Assembly (NCBI GenBank): GCA_963701075.1
Contig: OY969559.1
Coordinates: 1,440,001 to 1,504,000 of the forward strand
Length of the DNA: 64,000 nucleotides
Source: an uncultured Nitrososphaerota archaeon
GTDB lineage: Archaea > Thermoproteota > Nitrososphaeria > Nitrososphaerales > Nitrosopumilaceae
Reading direction: 5' to 3'
Part shown: positions 29,238 to 39,811 of the stretch, piece by piece
Layout of the letters: each line of letters begins with the position of its first letter
How positions within the stretch are numbered: the stretch's first letter is position 1
Program-made: the position numbers and the translations under genes
Notes under the pieces: model-generated
What the model was told of the DNA's origin: nothing
Seen by the model: only the letters and a program-made list of their open reading frames with translations
The model's database searches: none

Positions 29238-29519
29238 ATGCCACGACTAGTATTACGAGCAAAGATTTTACCAACAGGTACTGAAATAGATCTCGACAAC
29301 GTTGCTAAAAAGATCAGCACAACTCTAAAGGACGGCATAACACTCTCAAAATATGTAAAAGAGCCACTTGCTTTTGGTCTCTACTTTATTAATGCCGAAT
29401 TCTTCTTAGATGACAAGGAAGGACAAATGGACTCACTTGAAAACAGTGTACGTTCAATTGAAGGCGTAGGAGAGTTCGAGGTACTAGGAGTAAGTCGAGC
29501 TTCCGTAGACGCCAAGTGA
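29238..29519 (+). CDS. ef1b: Translation elongation factor aEF-1beta
   Basis: KILP...EIDLD, EPLAFGL and D.LE...RSIEGV. Confidence 0.92.
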   Translation: MPRLVLRAKILPTGTEIDLDNVAKKISTTLKDGITLSKYVKEPLAFGLYFINAEFFLDDKEGQMDSLENSVRSIEGVGEFEVLGVSRASVDAK

Positions 29520-29532
29520 TGGAGGTGTCTTT

Positions 29533-31709
29533 TTGGTAAAAAAAGACGAGCTACTCCAGATGCGCGTTGGAGAAGCTAAGCAGAGAGACGTAGGCAAAAG
29601 ACGCGCCAGGATAGAACCTGAAGTTATGGAATTTTTAAAAGTTGAACCAGGAGATATGATAGAGATCGTAGGGAAAAAATCTGAGCTGTGCAATAGTATG
29701 GCCAGCAGACGATGATAACAAAGCACCAGACATGGTCAGAATAGATGGTCAGACAAGAAAGAATGTCGGTGTCGGAATAAACGATCTGGTCAATGTTAGA
29801 AAAGTTGTCGCAAAGCCAGCAAAAAGTGTAGTCTTGATGCCAGTTAATGGAAATGTTACAGTAGATAAGGAATTTACAGATTTTGTCAAAAACAGGCTAA
29901 AGGGTTTGCCCCTTTCTGAAGGAGATGAGATATCAGTGATGATTCTTGGAAATTCCATGGACTTTAAGATACACAAGATTTCACCAAAGAGCGTAGCCAA
30001 GATAGACCGTGGCACCGCACTTACCATTTTAACTGACACGTCGGTTGACAAAAAGGCACGGGTTACATACGAGGAGATAGGTGGACTTAGAGCACAGATA
30101 GACCGAATGCGTGAGATCGTAGAACTTCCATTAAAACATCCCGAAGTGTTCAGTAGATTAAACATAGAACCACATAGCGGAATTCTCTTGTATGGACCTC
30201 CAGGATGCGGAAAGACATTGATTGCAAAAGTACTTGCAAGTGAATCAGAGGCCAATTTCTATTCCATAAATGGTCCTGAGATAATGAACAAGTATTATGG
30301 AGAGACAGAGGCAAGACTTAGAGATATTTTCAAGGAAGCAAAAGACAATGCCCCAAGTGTAGTATTCATCGATGAAATTGATGCCATTGCTCCAAAAAGA
30401 GAAGAAGCTTACGGCGATGTTGAAAAAAGAGTGGTAGCTCGAGCTGTTGGCATTAATGGATGGCCTGACAGATAGAGGCAATGTCATCGTACTGGGGGCA
30501 ACAAACAGGCCAGAAAGCGTAGACCCCGCATTGAGAAGACCTGGCAGATTTGACAGAGAGATAGAAATCTCAGTACCAAATGCAGATGGCAGATTAGAGA
30601 TTTTACATATCCATACAAGAGGAATGCCTATTGCAGATGATGTTGACCTGAAGGTTCTTGCAGCAGAGCTTCATGGATACACAGGCGCCGATATCAAATC
30701 GCTTTGCAGAGAGGCAGCAATGAAAGCTCTTAGAGCATTTTTGCCAGAGATTGAGATGGAGACTGAAAAGATATCACCTGCAATATTGCAGAAGATGACC
30801 ATACGTCTTCAAGACTTTTACGATGCAACACACGAAATTGTTCCAACTGCAATGAGAGAGTTCTACGTCGAAAGTCCAAAAGTATGGTGGAAAGATGTAG
30901 GTGGACTAGATGACGCAAAAAGAACACTAAATGATAATTTGATTACAGCCATAAAGGAACCAGCAAAATTTCAAAAGATGGGCATCAAACCTCCAAAAGG
31001 CGCTTTGCTCTATGGACCTCCAGGATGCGGAAAGACAATGCTTGCAAGAGCACTTGCAACAGAAAGCGGTGGCAACATGATATTTGTCAGAGGAGCAGAG
31101 ATCTTGTCAAAATGGGTAGGTGAATCTGAAAAGGCAATAAGAGAGATTTTCAGAAAGGCAAAAGCATCATCACCATGCATTATAATTTTTGACGAACTTG
31201 ATTCGTTGGCAAGATCAAAATCACTTGAAGAAGGAGGAGGAGTTGGAGAAAGACTACTCAGCCAGTTGCTCACCGAGATGGAAGATGGCGGAGCTGCAAG
31301 AGTGATAGTTGTTGGAATTTCCAATAGACCGGATCTGATAGATCCCTCGTTGTTAAGACCCGGTCGCTTAGATTTGATACTCTTCATCCCGCCGCCTGAA
31401 GAAAAGGGAAGATTTGAGATAATTAAGACGCTTACACGACAGATGCCACTAACTGGAGATGTCGACTTGAAGGAGATTGCACTTTCAACAAAGGGATACA
31501 CAGGCGCTGACTTGGTAGCAGTATGCAGAGAGTCCGCAGTACAAGCAATGAGAAATAATACACCAAAAATCAGTAGCATGGACTTTGCCGCGGCATTAAA
31601 AGTCATCAAGCCTTCAATCACCAAAGGCGTTGAAGATTGGTATTCTGCAATCAAAGACAATATATCGTACGCATTACCCAAGCCAATTGACAAGGCATTT
31701 TATGGTTAG
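29533..31709 (+). CDS. cdc48: CDC48/VCP AAA ATPase, split by 1-nt insertions at about 29683 and 30441
   Basis: N-domain (DVGK..ARI, RIDG..RKN) and two AAA domains with [19 protein letters not shown] and RPGR. Removing single bases restores KKSSCAIVWP and VVAQLLALMDG. Confidence 0.93.
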
Positions 31710-31711
31710 AT

Positions 31712-32029
31712 ATGGCAACTATTCCTCTTAGAAATTCAGTATATGAAATAGTAAAAAACGCAGGCTCTATGACAGACTCTGAGCTCTCAAAGGCATTGAT
31801 AAAATCTGGAATTTCAATTCCTGAAGACGAATTCAACAAAACACTACTGAATCTCGAAATTTATGGCCTCATCAAGGTTACTTGGCTAACAAAAGACGAG
31901 AGAAGAATTGAGATTTATGAAAAAGAGGAAAACGAAGACGACATAGAAAAACAGAACAGGGAAAGCCTAGAAAAAGAATACGAAGCAGGATTCCCCGGTG
32001 TTGAACAAGAGCAAGACGTCCAAGAATAA
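31712..32029 (+). CDS. Small wHTH-like protein with acidic tail
   Basis: MTDSEL...L, FNKTLLNLEIYGLIKV.W. Lies directly downstream of cdc48. Confidence 0.75.
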   Translation: MATIPLRNSVYEIVKNAGSMTDSELSKALIKSGISIPEDEFNKTLLNLEIYGLIKVTWLTKDERRIEIYEKEENEDDIEKQNRESLEKEYEAGFPGVEQEQDVQE

Positions 32030-32030
32030 T

Positions 32031-32909
32031 TTATTTCATCACAGGAAAGTGGAATGCAGCATCAAGTGCAATTCCTACAAATATTATTGTAAGATATGGA
32101 GCAGTCACCTTGTAGGCTTTCCACGCAAAGTCTGAAGTCGGAGTCTTTGTCAGTTTGTAATGATACAGCAACATAAGACTGCCTGATACTGCAGCAATTG
32201 CAAGATAGACATAACCTAATCCAAATGCTACAAGTGCCAATGAATATGGAAGCAATATTGCGGTGTTGACAAGTATGTATTTTGATGTCCTTTGCATGCC
32301 AATCAATACTGGCAACATTGGAACATGTGCTTCTGCATAGTCATCTCTTATCTTCATTGCAAGACACCAAAAGTGGGAGGGAGTCCACGCAAAGACAAGA
32401 ATGCCTACAAGTGCTCCCAGTATATCCATAGAGCCAGTCGCAGCTGACCATCCTGCCATGGCAGCACAGCTACCAGCAAAACCTCCAATTACAATATTGG
32501 ATGAATTCGTACGCTTGAGCCACGCCGTATAGACTATCACATAGAAGAAAACTCCTAGCGCAATGAAAAATGTAGAAATTGGATTCAGGGTAAACCATGC
32601 ATAAATTACAGAGGCGGCACTTACAATTAGACCATATATCAAAACATTTCTTGCAGACATCCTTCCCGATGGGATTGGTCTGTTACTGGTTCTTTTCATC
32701 AACAGATCGATGTCTCGATCATAATAGTGATTAAGAGCACTTGAGCCGGCTGAAGAAAGCGATCCGGCTATGATTATGTGCAGTAGACTGACATAGTTAA
32801 GTGGAGGACCTATCAATTTGCTGGCTGCGTACATCGATGTTACGGCAGTAATTACAAGCAAAACTACTATACGGGGCTTTGATATCTCCAGTATTTCTTT
32901 TAATCCCAC
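32031..32909 (-). CDS. ctaB: Protoheme IX farnesyltransferase (heme O synthase)
   Basis: KPRIV, N.YYDRDID..M.RT..RPIPSGR, NIVIGG.AG, WTPSHFW and DDY..A.VPMLP. Confidence 0.95.
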   Translation of the reverse strand: MGLKEILEISKPRIVVLLVITAVTSMYAASKLIGPPLNYVSLLHIIIAGSLSSAGSSALNHYYDRDIDLLMKRTSNRPIPSGRMSARNVLIYGLIVSAASVIYAWFTLNPISTFFIALGVFFYVIVYTAWLKRTNSSNIVIGGFAGSCAAMAGWSAATGSMDILGALVGILVFAWTPSHFWCLAMKIRDDYAEAHVPMLPVLIGMQRTSKYILVNTAILLPYSLALVAFGLGYVYLAIAAVSGSLMLLYHYKLTKTPTSDFAWKAYKVTAPYLTIIFVGIALDAAFHFPVMK

Positions 32910-33003
32910 TAGTCTTAGCGAGTCTGCTGGGAATTTAATTTCTTCGAAGTTTGTCGCGAGAGGTCAAAAGAATTAAGTACCTCACTTAATCGAACTACCA
33001 CAG

Positions 33004-34101
33004 ATGAGCGACTGGGATCTAATGATGCCTGGTATGGGTTTGACCGCCATAGGTCTTGGAGGAGTCATTTTATCATACTTGGGAATTGCCAATACTTTCC
33101 TTACAGGAATGCAGGCACTTTCAGGTTTGACCATGTTTGTAGGCATGGTGTTCTTGTCCGCAGGAATTCTAAGCGGAGGTGTTTCAACTAGTCCAAGAGC
33201 TAAAGCAACAACTCTTGTAATATTTGGAATTGCAGGCTCGGTAGGAGCTTATGCAATAAGTCTGAATACCGTCATAACATCATTGCCTAGATTTGTAGGC
33301 GTTTTAATCATCATAATCATACCAAGTGTTGTCATAGCATTTTCTTCTATGAAGGCACAAAAATATTTCAGGCCCATATCTATAATATTTTTGGCTGCAA
33401 TGGCAGTTGGAGTTGGATCATTTACTGCATTTGGATTCATAGGACCAGGTGCACAATTCTCGTTGCATTCACTAAATGAAACTAATGCAACACAAGCAGC
33501 TAATCAGACTTTGCCAACAGCACCAGTAATATCTGTCACCATTCCAGTCAATGCATCCATCAAAGGAAATCCAAACTTTACACCCAATACTGTAACTGTT
33601 CCAAAAGGGGACATAATAGAGTGGACCAATAATGACACAGTACCTCACACTGTAACAAACGCTCCAGACGGTTCAATATTTGATTCTAATTTGATTTCAG
33701 CTGGTAAGACATACTCACTTGATACATCAAAATTAAATGCAACAGAATATGATTACATGTGCACAGTGCACCCATTCATGACAGGCAAGATAATAATAAC
33801 TCAACCACTTGTCGCAAATGTTACAATCTCAAAAGGTGCATCCACACAAAGTGCTGGACAAAAATATTTTGATCCAGCAAGTATTTCTGTCAAAGTTGGA
33901 ACAACTGTAATTTGGACTAACCAAGACGCTGCATCTCACACAGTCACAAGCGGTGATCCAAGTGCTGGACCCTCAGGAACATTTGATTCTAGTCTGATCA
34001 AACCCGGAGATACATTCAAGCATGCGTTTACAACAGCCGGTACAACATCATACTTCTGTACAGTTCATCCATGGATGACTGGAAAAGTAATAGTAGGATG
34101 A
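33004..34101 (+). CDS. Membrane protein with two type-1 blue-copper (plastocyanin-like) domains
   Basis: N-terminal TM bundle followed by two W.N.D...HTVT...C.VHP.M motifs. Confidence 0.93.
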   Translation: MSDWDLMMPGMGLTAIGLGGVILSYLGIANTFLTGMQALSGLTMFVGMVFLSAGILSGGVSTSPRAKATTLVIFGIAGSVGAYAISLNTVITSLPRFVGVLIIIIIPSVVIAFSSMKAQKYFRPISIIFLAAMAVGVGSFTAFGFIGPGAQFSLHSLNETNATQAANQTLPTAPVISVTIPVNASIKGNPNFTPNTVTVPKGDIIEWTNNDTVPHTVTNAPDGSIFDSNLISAGKTYSLDTSKLNATEYDYMCTVHPFMTGKIIITQPLVANVTISKGASTQSAGQKYFDPASISVKVGTTVIWTNQDAASHTVTSGDPSAGPSGTFDSSLIKPGDTFKHAFTTAGTTSYFCTVHPWMTGKVIVG

Positions 34102-34511
34102 CATTACAAAAAGAGATAACACTTTCCAAAAATCATGTTGACATACTAATACTACATGCAAAGAAAAATGAACCCAATGAATCTTGTGCCATACTTTTTG
34201 GAAAGAATGACGATGGGCAGTTTTTAACATCAGATGTTTTTCTAACAGAGAATTCAGAGCCCTCACCTGTTAATTTCACCATATCAAACGATGATCTCAT
34301 AAAAGCATATGAAGAATCTGAGAAGAGGAATTTAGAAGTCGTGGCAATATTCCACTCCCATCCAAACTCGATAACTTATCCCTCTTCCACAGACCTCCAA
34401 TACATGGAAGTAAATCCAGTTCCATGGGTTATCTATTCAAATGTAAATAACGAATTTAGGGCATATATTTTAGAATCGACTATTGTACCAGTTAATGTAA
34501 CAATCCTCTAG
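34098..34511 (+). CDS. JAMM/MPN+ (Mov34) metalloprotease
   Basis: PNESCAILFG and FHSHP....YPS.TD. Confidence 0.92.
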   Translation: MTLQKEITLSKNHVDILILHAKKNEPNESCAILFGKNDDGQFLTSDVFLTENSEPSPVNFTISNDDLIKAYEESEKRNLEVVAIFHSHPNSITYPSSTDLQYMEVNPVPWVIYSNVNNEFRAYILESTIVPVNVTIL

Positions 34512-34513
34512 CA

Positions 34514-34621
34514 TTATTGCTTGTGTATGTTCTTTTTATGTCGCTCAAAATGCTCTTTATCTACAAAGGTTGCGCTACAATCCTTACATTTGAATCCGGC
34601 TTTTTGGCCCCACACTGACAA
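34514..34621 (-). CDS. C2H2 zinc-finger microprotein of about 35 aa (TTG start uncertain)
   Basis: MSVWGQKAGFKCKDCSATFVDKEHFERHKKNIHKQ fits the F-x-C-x2-C-x3-F-x8-H-x4-H pattern. Confidence 0.7.
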   Translation of the reverse strand: MSVWGQKAGFKCKDCSATFVDKEHFERHKKNIHKQ

Positions 34622-34927
34622 GTAATACACGCAAGTTACGTAAAAGAATTGCTCTCACTAAACGTAATCTTTGTGCCATTATGGACTTTATTCACAAATT
34701 CCTTGAAGTCTGGATATGATGGGAAGACAAGTCACGGGGAGATACCGCATCTTGTCATTTGACTCGATAGTAGTGGAAAACAACTGAAATGATCGAACAG
34801 TGGTGCAAATTCGTTATCAAATTCTAGAATAATATTCTTGATCTTTGGAAGATCGACAGTACTTTACGTATCACAATAAAAACCCGCGGGATTTAGAATA
34901 AATATCCCTTTTTTATCCATCAAAAAC

Positions 34928-35185
34928 ATGGAAATTCACGTATACGACACATATGTAGAGGCAAAGGACGGCCATACGATGCACTTTGATGTCATTACAA
35001 ATGTAAAAGATCATCAAAAGGCAATCCAGTATGCAAGAGAATGGCTTAAGACAATAAATGAGTCAGAGGCAAAAGTTACAACTGAAGAGTGCCAATTCTG
35101 TCACTCACAAGGTGCACCTCAGCCAATTGCTAACGAGATCCAACAGAAAGGATACTTTATCCAGAAGATGGAAGGCTGTCCGTAG
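34928..35185 (+). CDS. DUF2024-family protein
   Basis: HVYDTYV..KDG..MHFDV...CQFCH...MEGCP. Confidence 0.85.
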   Translation: MEIHVYDTYVEAKDGHTMHFDVITNVKDHQKAIQYAREWLKTINESEAKVTTEECQFCHSQGAPQPIANEIQQKGYFIQKMEGCP

Positions 35186-35257
35186 CTACCTTTTTCAATT
35201 TTTTAAACTCATTATTTTTGAAAACTCTTTTTAGATCGCTTCATCCTATTTGATATC

Positions 35258-35455
35258 ATGGTAAACAATAGCAAATACAACAAACTGACAGTAGAAGGTG
35301 AGATCCAAACCAAGTGGATATGTGGTTGTTTTGAAACTGTGGACGGATTCTTCAAGTTTTGTCCAGAACATAACAATGCAATGAAAAAAACAATAGAGGC
35401 TCAAATAGACGAGCTTGACATGACATTGATTGTGGATGATAAAAAATCAGAATAA
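35258..35455 (+). CDS. Small Cys/His-containing hypothetical protein
   Basis: WICGC...FCPEH. Confidence 0.65.
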   Translation: MVNNSKYNKLTVEGEIQTKWICGCFETVDGFFKFCPEHNNAMKKTIEAQIDELDMTLIVDDKKSE

Positions 35456-35456
35456 T

Positions 35457-37490
35457 CTACAGTACAAAGATAGCAACAAACGCAGATACGAAAACTATTG
35501 CTACGGTGTTTAACAATTTAATGACTGTATTTAGTGCGGGTCCGGCAGTATCCTTGTATGGATCCCCAATTATATCACCAACAATTGCTATCTTGTGTTC
35601 TTCTGTTCCCTTTTGTTTGTTAATTTCCATGTATTTTTTGGCATTGTCCCACGCACCACCAGTATTTGCCAGATGGAATGCCAGGAAAATTCCTGTAATT
35701 ACTGCACCCATTAAAAGTCCAACAACTGCAGATGGGCCTAAAACTATACCAAGTACTATGGGCGCTGCAATTGTTATTGCCGCAGATTTCCAAAGCTCAC
35801 GTAATGACGCTACTGTTGCAACATCAACACATTTTGCATAATCTGGCTTTACCTCGTATGTCAAAATGCCTGGAGACTCCTTGAATTGTCGCCTTACTTC
35901 TTCTACCATTTTAGAAGCTGCCCTTGCTACTGCGGCAATAAGCTGACTTGTAATAAAGAACGGCAATAGGCCACCTACAAGCAATCCGACAACTACCGCA
36001 GGGTTTGAAAGACTGTAATCAAAAATATGATGGAATACTTTTCCTGCCTCATACTGAAATGCTTGGATCATAGCTAGTGCGGCAAGTCCTGCACTAGCAA
36101 TTGCAAAACCTTTAGTCACAGCCTTTGTAGTATTTCCTACTGCGTCAATTTCATCTGTGACTTTACGATTTTCTTCCCCCATACCTGTCATTTCTACAAT
36201 TCCACCTGCATTGTCGCTGATAGGGCCAAATGCATCTATACTCAACACAATTCCTGCAAGGCTTAACATAGCCATGGCTGTAAGCGATGTACCAAATATT
36301 CCATAAAGCGTAGTTTGCGTAGGATCTGGCGCTGCAGATGATGCCAATACATATGATGTAGCTAAAGCCACAACAATTGCAATCATAAACGGGCCAGTGG
36401 AACGCATTCCTTGGATTATTCCCATTAGTGTAAGTGACGCATATCCCCATTTTGCAGAAGCAGCAATTTCTTGGACTGGTTTGAATCTATAACTTGTAAA
36501 GTAATCTGTGATTCTCTGTATTACTGGTACCAGAATAACTCCTATTACCGTACTACCAAACAGTGCATACGCGATCTTCGTATGACCAAGAAACAAATAT
36601 GTAAAAACAAAATTAAGCGCGATTGCTATTGCAGCCGAAACATAAAATGCGTTGGCAAGTGGCTTGTTTACATCCGTCATCTTTCTTGGAGTTATGGTTG
36701 CAATACCAATAATAGATGCAAATAATCCTGAAGCACCGATTAACATTGGATAAAACAAGTTCTGAGGAGTTCCAATCAGCCCGGCAATCAGTAGCGATGC
36801 AAGCATTGTTACAATATATGATTCATAAATATCAGACCCCATTCCAGCTGCGTCTCCTACATTGTCTCCCACGTTATCAGCAATCGTTGCTGGGTTTCGC
36901 GGATCATCCTCTGGGATATTTGCTTCCACCTTTCCTACCAAGTCTGCACCCATGTCGGCAGCCTTTGTGAAGATCCCTCCACCAACCCTGATAAACAAGG
37001 CAATCAAGCTAGCACCAATGCCAACACCTGCAATTGTGATAGGACTTGGAAATGCAAAATAGAGTAAACTCATGCCCAAGAGAGCCATGGCAGGCACGGC
37101 AAGACCTACTGTTGCCCCACCCCTAAATGCAAGAGCAAAGGTATGCCCAAGCCCTTTTCCGGACGCATTTGCAGCTCGAACCGCTGCCTTTACTGTAATT
37201 TTAAGTGCGATCAATCCGGCAATAGCAGAAAGCCCTGCACCAACAGAAAAAGCAATGCCATTAGTAAAGCCAATTGCGGTACCGATCAAGACAGCAAGAC
37301 CTATGGCAATAGGAATAACAATTCTAAACTCTCTTCTCAAAAACGCCATTGCGCCTACCCCCACCGCATTTGAAATATCTAGCATCTGCTGTGTTCCAGG
37401 CTTTTGTTTAGATACCCATGCTGCAAGTACTGCTGCAATGATAAAAGATATGATTGACGCGCCAACCGGAATCAGTTCTTTGAGCGTCAT
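35457..37490 (-). CDS. hppA: Membrane H+-translocating pyrophosphatase, K+-independent type
   Basis: GGIFTKAADMGADLVGKVE.NIPEDDPRN, DNVGDNVGD and GNTTKA (Lys at the K+-dependence position). Confidence 0.96.
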   Translation of the reverse strand: MTLKELIPVGASIISFIIAAVLAAWVSKQKPGTQQMLDISNAVGVGAMAFLRREFRIVIPIAIGLAVLIGTAIGFTNGIAFSVGAGLSAIAGLIALKITVKAAVRAANASGKGLGHTFALAFRGGATVGLAVPAMALLGMSLLYFAFPSPITIAGVGIGASLIALFIRVGGGIFTKAADMGADLVGKVEANIPEDDPRNPATIADNVGDNVGDAAGMGSDIYESYIVTMLASLLIAGLIGTPQNLFYPMLIGASGLFASIIGIATITPRKMTDVNKPLANAFYVSAAIAIALNFVFTYLFLGHTKIAYALFGSTVIGVILVPVIQRITDYFTSYRFKPVQEIAASAKWGYASLTLMGIIQGMRSTGPFMIAIVVALATSYVLASSAAPDPTQTTLYGIFGTSLTAMAMLSLAGIVLSIDAFGPISDNAGGIVEMTGMGEENRKVTDEIDAVGNTTKAVTKGFAIASAGLAALAMIQAFQYEAGKVFHHIFDYSLSNPAVVVGLLVGGLLPFFITSQLIAAVARAASKMVEEVRRQFKESPGILTYEVKPDYAKCVDVATVASLRELWKSAAITIAAPIVLGIVLGPSAVVGLLMGAVITGIFLAFHLANTGGAWDNAKKYMEINKQKGTEEHKIAIVGDIIGDPYKDTAGPALNTVIKLLNTVAIVFVSAFVAIFVL

Positions 37491-37589
37491 CTGAAAGTAA
37501 GACTCGGATGGGGTATTTATATAAATTTATTCTACTTTACTCATATAATGTTATAATGGAGTGATTTAAAATAATTTTAAGAAGAATTT

Positions 37590-37994
37590 TTACACTCTTT
37601 TTCTATACGGTTTGAAATTTTTTCCTGCCAAGCCTTGTCTTACTAGCTTGTTGAAGCGCTTTCCATGACTCAAGTATGGAAACCGAAAATGAATGAGCTC
37701 GTGCACTATTGTATTTTCAAGGGTCCTGTCATCAGGTATTTTCTTGATATTTACAAAGACGAGATTGTGTTGCAAATATGACACCCCCAAGTATTTGTAA
37801 GCCGAAGTCCTCCTTCCCTCGGTAATTTCCTTTGGCATGTCAAGAACCTCTCTAGTTGTTAGCAACACTCTGGGTTCTGAAATTCCAAATCTGCTTGAAT
37901 AGATTCCAACTTTTTCCAATATCTTAACTTTCAAATCTAAATCACACTTCATTGCTTGAGGATCTTCTGGAAATAGTTTAATTAGAATTGTCAA
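37590..37994 (-). CDS. SprT/YgjP-like HEXXH metallopeptidase-domain protein
   Basis: IVHELIH.RF..L.HG..F. Confidence 0.75.
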   Translation of the reverse strand: MTILIKLFPEDPQAMKCDLDLKVKILEKVGIYSSRFGISEPRVLLTTREVLDMPKEITEGRRTSAYKYLGVSYLQHNLVFVNIKKIPDDRTLENTIVHELIHFRFPYLSHGKRFNKLVRQGLAGKNFKPYRKRV

Positions 37995-38110
37995 ATATCG
38001 TGCAAGAGTTTGTGTATTTTTCCAAGTTTACCAGAAAAGTGGTTATTTAGGGTCAGAACTTGTGTAGTTTAATCATCACATCATACAGCCACCGTGTCAT
38101 CATACCCCAA

Positions 38111-38605
38111 CTAACTCATAGAATTCATAATCTTAGTTACCTTATTTCTTATCTCTTCGGTTACCTTTACAATGACTAGCCCTTCATTTGGTTGCCCATA
38201 CATGATGACAGAATTTTTAGGAGCATGCATGGCAACAGGTAAGACCAAGAGGTCTTCCTCACCTTTTACGATTATTCTAACCGGTACATCTGCCTGAAAG
38301 GCCTTTTTTATGATAGATATGCTCTCGCTAGTAATCTCTGCTGCTGGGTTTACGCATTCAAGAGTCGTTCTTACTTTTCCTAGTGGCAGGCTTCTCTTGT
38401 TCCTCTTTTCCAGTGAATCGACTATCTGCAATGATGGATCAAGTCCAAATTTTATCATCTTCTCAGTTGTGGCATCTCCAACTGTTATCAAAAAGACATC
38501 CTTTGGCATAATTTGTAAAATAGTCTCTTTTGTTACCTCTGAATCCTTAATTAATAATCCCATAGGTTTTTTGAGACTATCACGCAGAGTGTCTGGCAGA
38601 TGCAT
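38111..38605 (-). CDS. GTP-dependent dephospho-CoA kinase (DUF359)
   Basis: LK.P.G, ITVGD.TT, NPA..I, GEEDLL.LP and YGQPNEG. Confidence 0.92.
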   Translation of the reverse strand: MHLPDTLRDSLKKPMGLLIKDSEVTKETILQIMPKDVFLITVGDATTEKMIKFGLDPSLQIVDSLEKRNKRSLPLGKVRTTLECVNPAAEITSESISIIKKAFQADVPVRIIVKGEEDLLVLPVAMHAPKNSVIMYGQPNEGLVIVKVTEEIRNKVTKIMNSMS

Positions 38606-38630
38606 GAGATACCTTTGTTTTATTCTATTT

Positions 38631-39713
38631 TTATGTAGTTGCTTCTGCAGTCATTTCCTCACTAAGCTGACTTGCAATCACACTGCATCTTGCTGCCACA
38701 TTCTTTGCCACGGTCATAAATGCCTGAGCGTTAGGAGAATTTGGATCAGTGACAAGTACTGGTCTGCCGCTGTCAGAGCTTTCCATGATACCCGGATTTA
38801 AAGGAATTCCACCCAAGAATGGCAGATTGTGTTTTTCACCCATTCTTTTTGCGCCATCTTTACCAAAGATGTAATGATCAGTATTGCAATTATTACATTT
38901 GAAGTAGCTCATATTTTCTATCACACCAATGATTGGTACGTTGAGTTTTTGGAACATGCCAAATGCCTTTACTGCAACATTGCTTGCAACTTCTTGAGGA
39001 GTGGTTACAACGACTATACCAGTAATAGGAATTGTTTGAGCTAGTGTCAACGGGATATCTCCTGTTCCTGGCGGAAGGTCTACAATTAGATAATCAAGAT
39101 CACTCCAGTTAGTATCTACCAAAAATTGTTTTAAAATTCCTGAAATTATGGGACCGCGATATATTGCAGCCTGGTGTTCCTGATCAGCAAAGAATCCAAA
39201 TGATACTACTTTTAATCCGTGTGATTCTGCAGGTTGTAGTTTGTTATTTTCAACTTCCAGTGCAGCTTTTCCCATTCCGAGCATAAGCGGTACACTTGGA
39301 CCGTAAATATCTGCATCAAGAATTCCAACTCTAGCACCGGTGTTTGCAAGAGCCAGTGCAAGATTTACAGAAACAGTTGTCTTACCTACTCCGCCCTTTC
39401 CACTTGCAACGCCTATGATATTCTTAACAGTAGGAAGCATCTCGTCCATGCTTAGTGCACGGCCTTCCATGACTTTGGCAGTAACTTTGATGTCTGGCTT
39501 TGATACCCCAGGAATCTTCGATAGTGCTTGGCGGACATCTTGTTCTATCTGCTCATTGAAAGGGCATGCAGGAGTGGTTAATTCCAGAGTAAACTTGAGA
39601 TTATTGCCATTTATCTCCAGATCCTTTATCATGCCCATTGAGACAATATCTTTTTTGAGATCTGGGTCAATTACTGTACTTAATGTCTGTAAAACCTCAT
39701 CAACTGATACCAT
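38631..39713 (-). CDS. Mrp/ApbC/Nbp35 Fe-S cluster carrier ATPase
   Basis: N-terminal DUF59 (TTPACP), SGKGGVGKT, DADIYGPS, DLPPGTGD and ENMSYF.C..C. Confidence 0.95.
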   Translation of the reverse strand: MVSVDEVLQTLSTVIDPDLKKDIVSMGMIKDLEINGNNLKFTLELTTPACPFNEQIEQDVRQALSKIPGVSKPDIKVTAKVMEGRALSMDEMLPTVKNIIGVASGKGGVGKTTVSVNLALALANTGARVGILDADIYGPSVPLMLGMGKAALEVENNKLQPAESHGLKVVSFGFFADQEHQAAIYRGPIISGILKQFLVDTNWSDLDYLIVDLPPGTGDIPLTLAQTIPITGIVVVTTPQEVASNVAVKAFGMFQKLNVPIIGVIENMSYFKCNNCNTDHYIFGKDGAKRMGEKHNLPFLGGIPLNPGIMESSDSGRPVLVTDPNSPNAQAFMTVAKNVAARCSVIASQLSEEMTAEATT

Positions 39714-39811
39714 ACAATAAAAAATTCCTTAGTACGATATTTAAACATAGGCAAAAATAGCATACAAGTTATCCAAAGATTCATAAATTCAAATTTTACC
39801 AGTTTTTTTGA

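Noticed and set aside
31010-31693. Long antisense ORFs in the track (e.g. 31010-31693, 29749-30255, 59944-60411, 38310-38801)
   Set aside because: They are shadows of well-supported genes on the opposite strand and have no motifs of their own.
29533-31709. cdc48 and the other split genes as real pseudogenes or programmed frameshifts
   Set aside because: Each break is a single-base indel at or near AGCT with no other decay, in genes likely to be important. A systematic sequencing artefact is far more parsimonious.
34680-34835. Short ORF fragments and a GACAAG/CTTGTC stem
   Set aside because: Too short and ambiguous to call as either a pseudogene or an ncRNA.
35457-37490. Link between the H+-pyrophosphatase and the fluoride locus
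   Set aside because: It lies 13 kb away with no riboswitch upstream, so the sequence gives no evidence of co-regulation.
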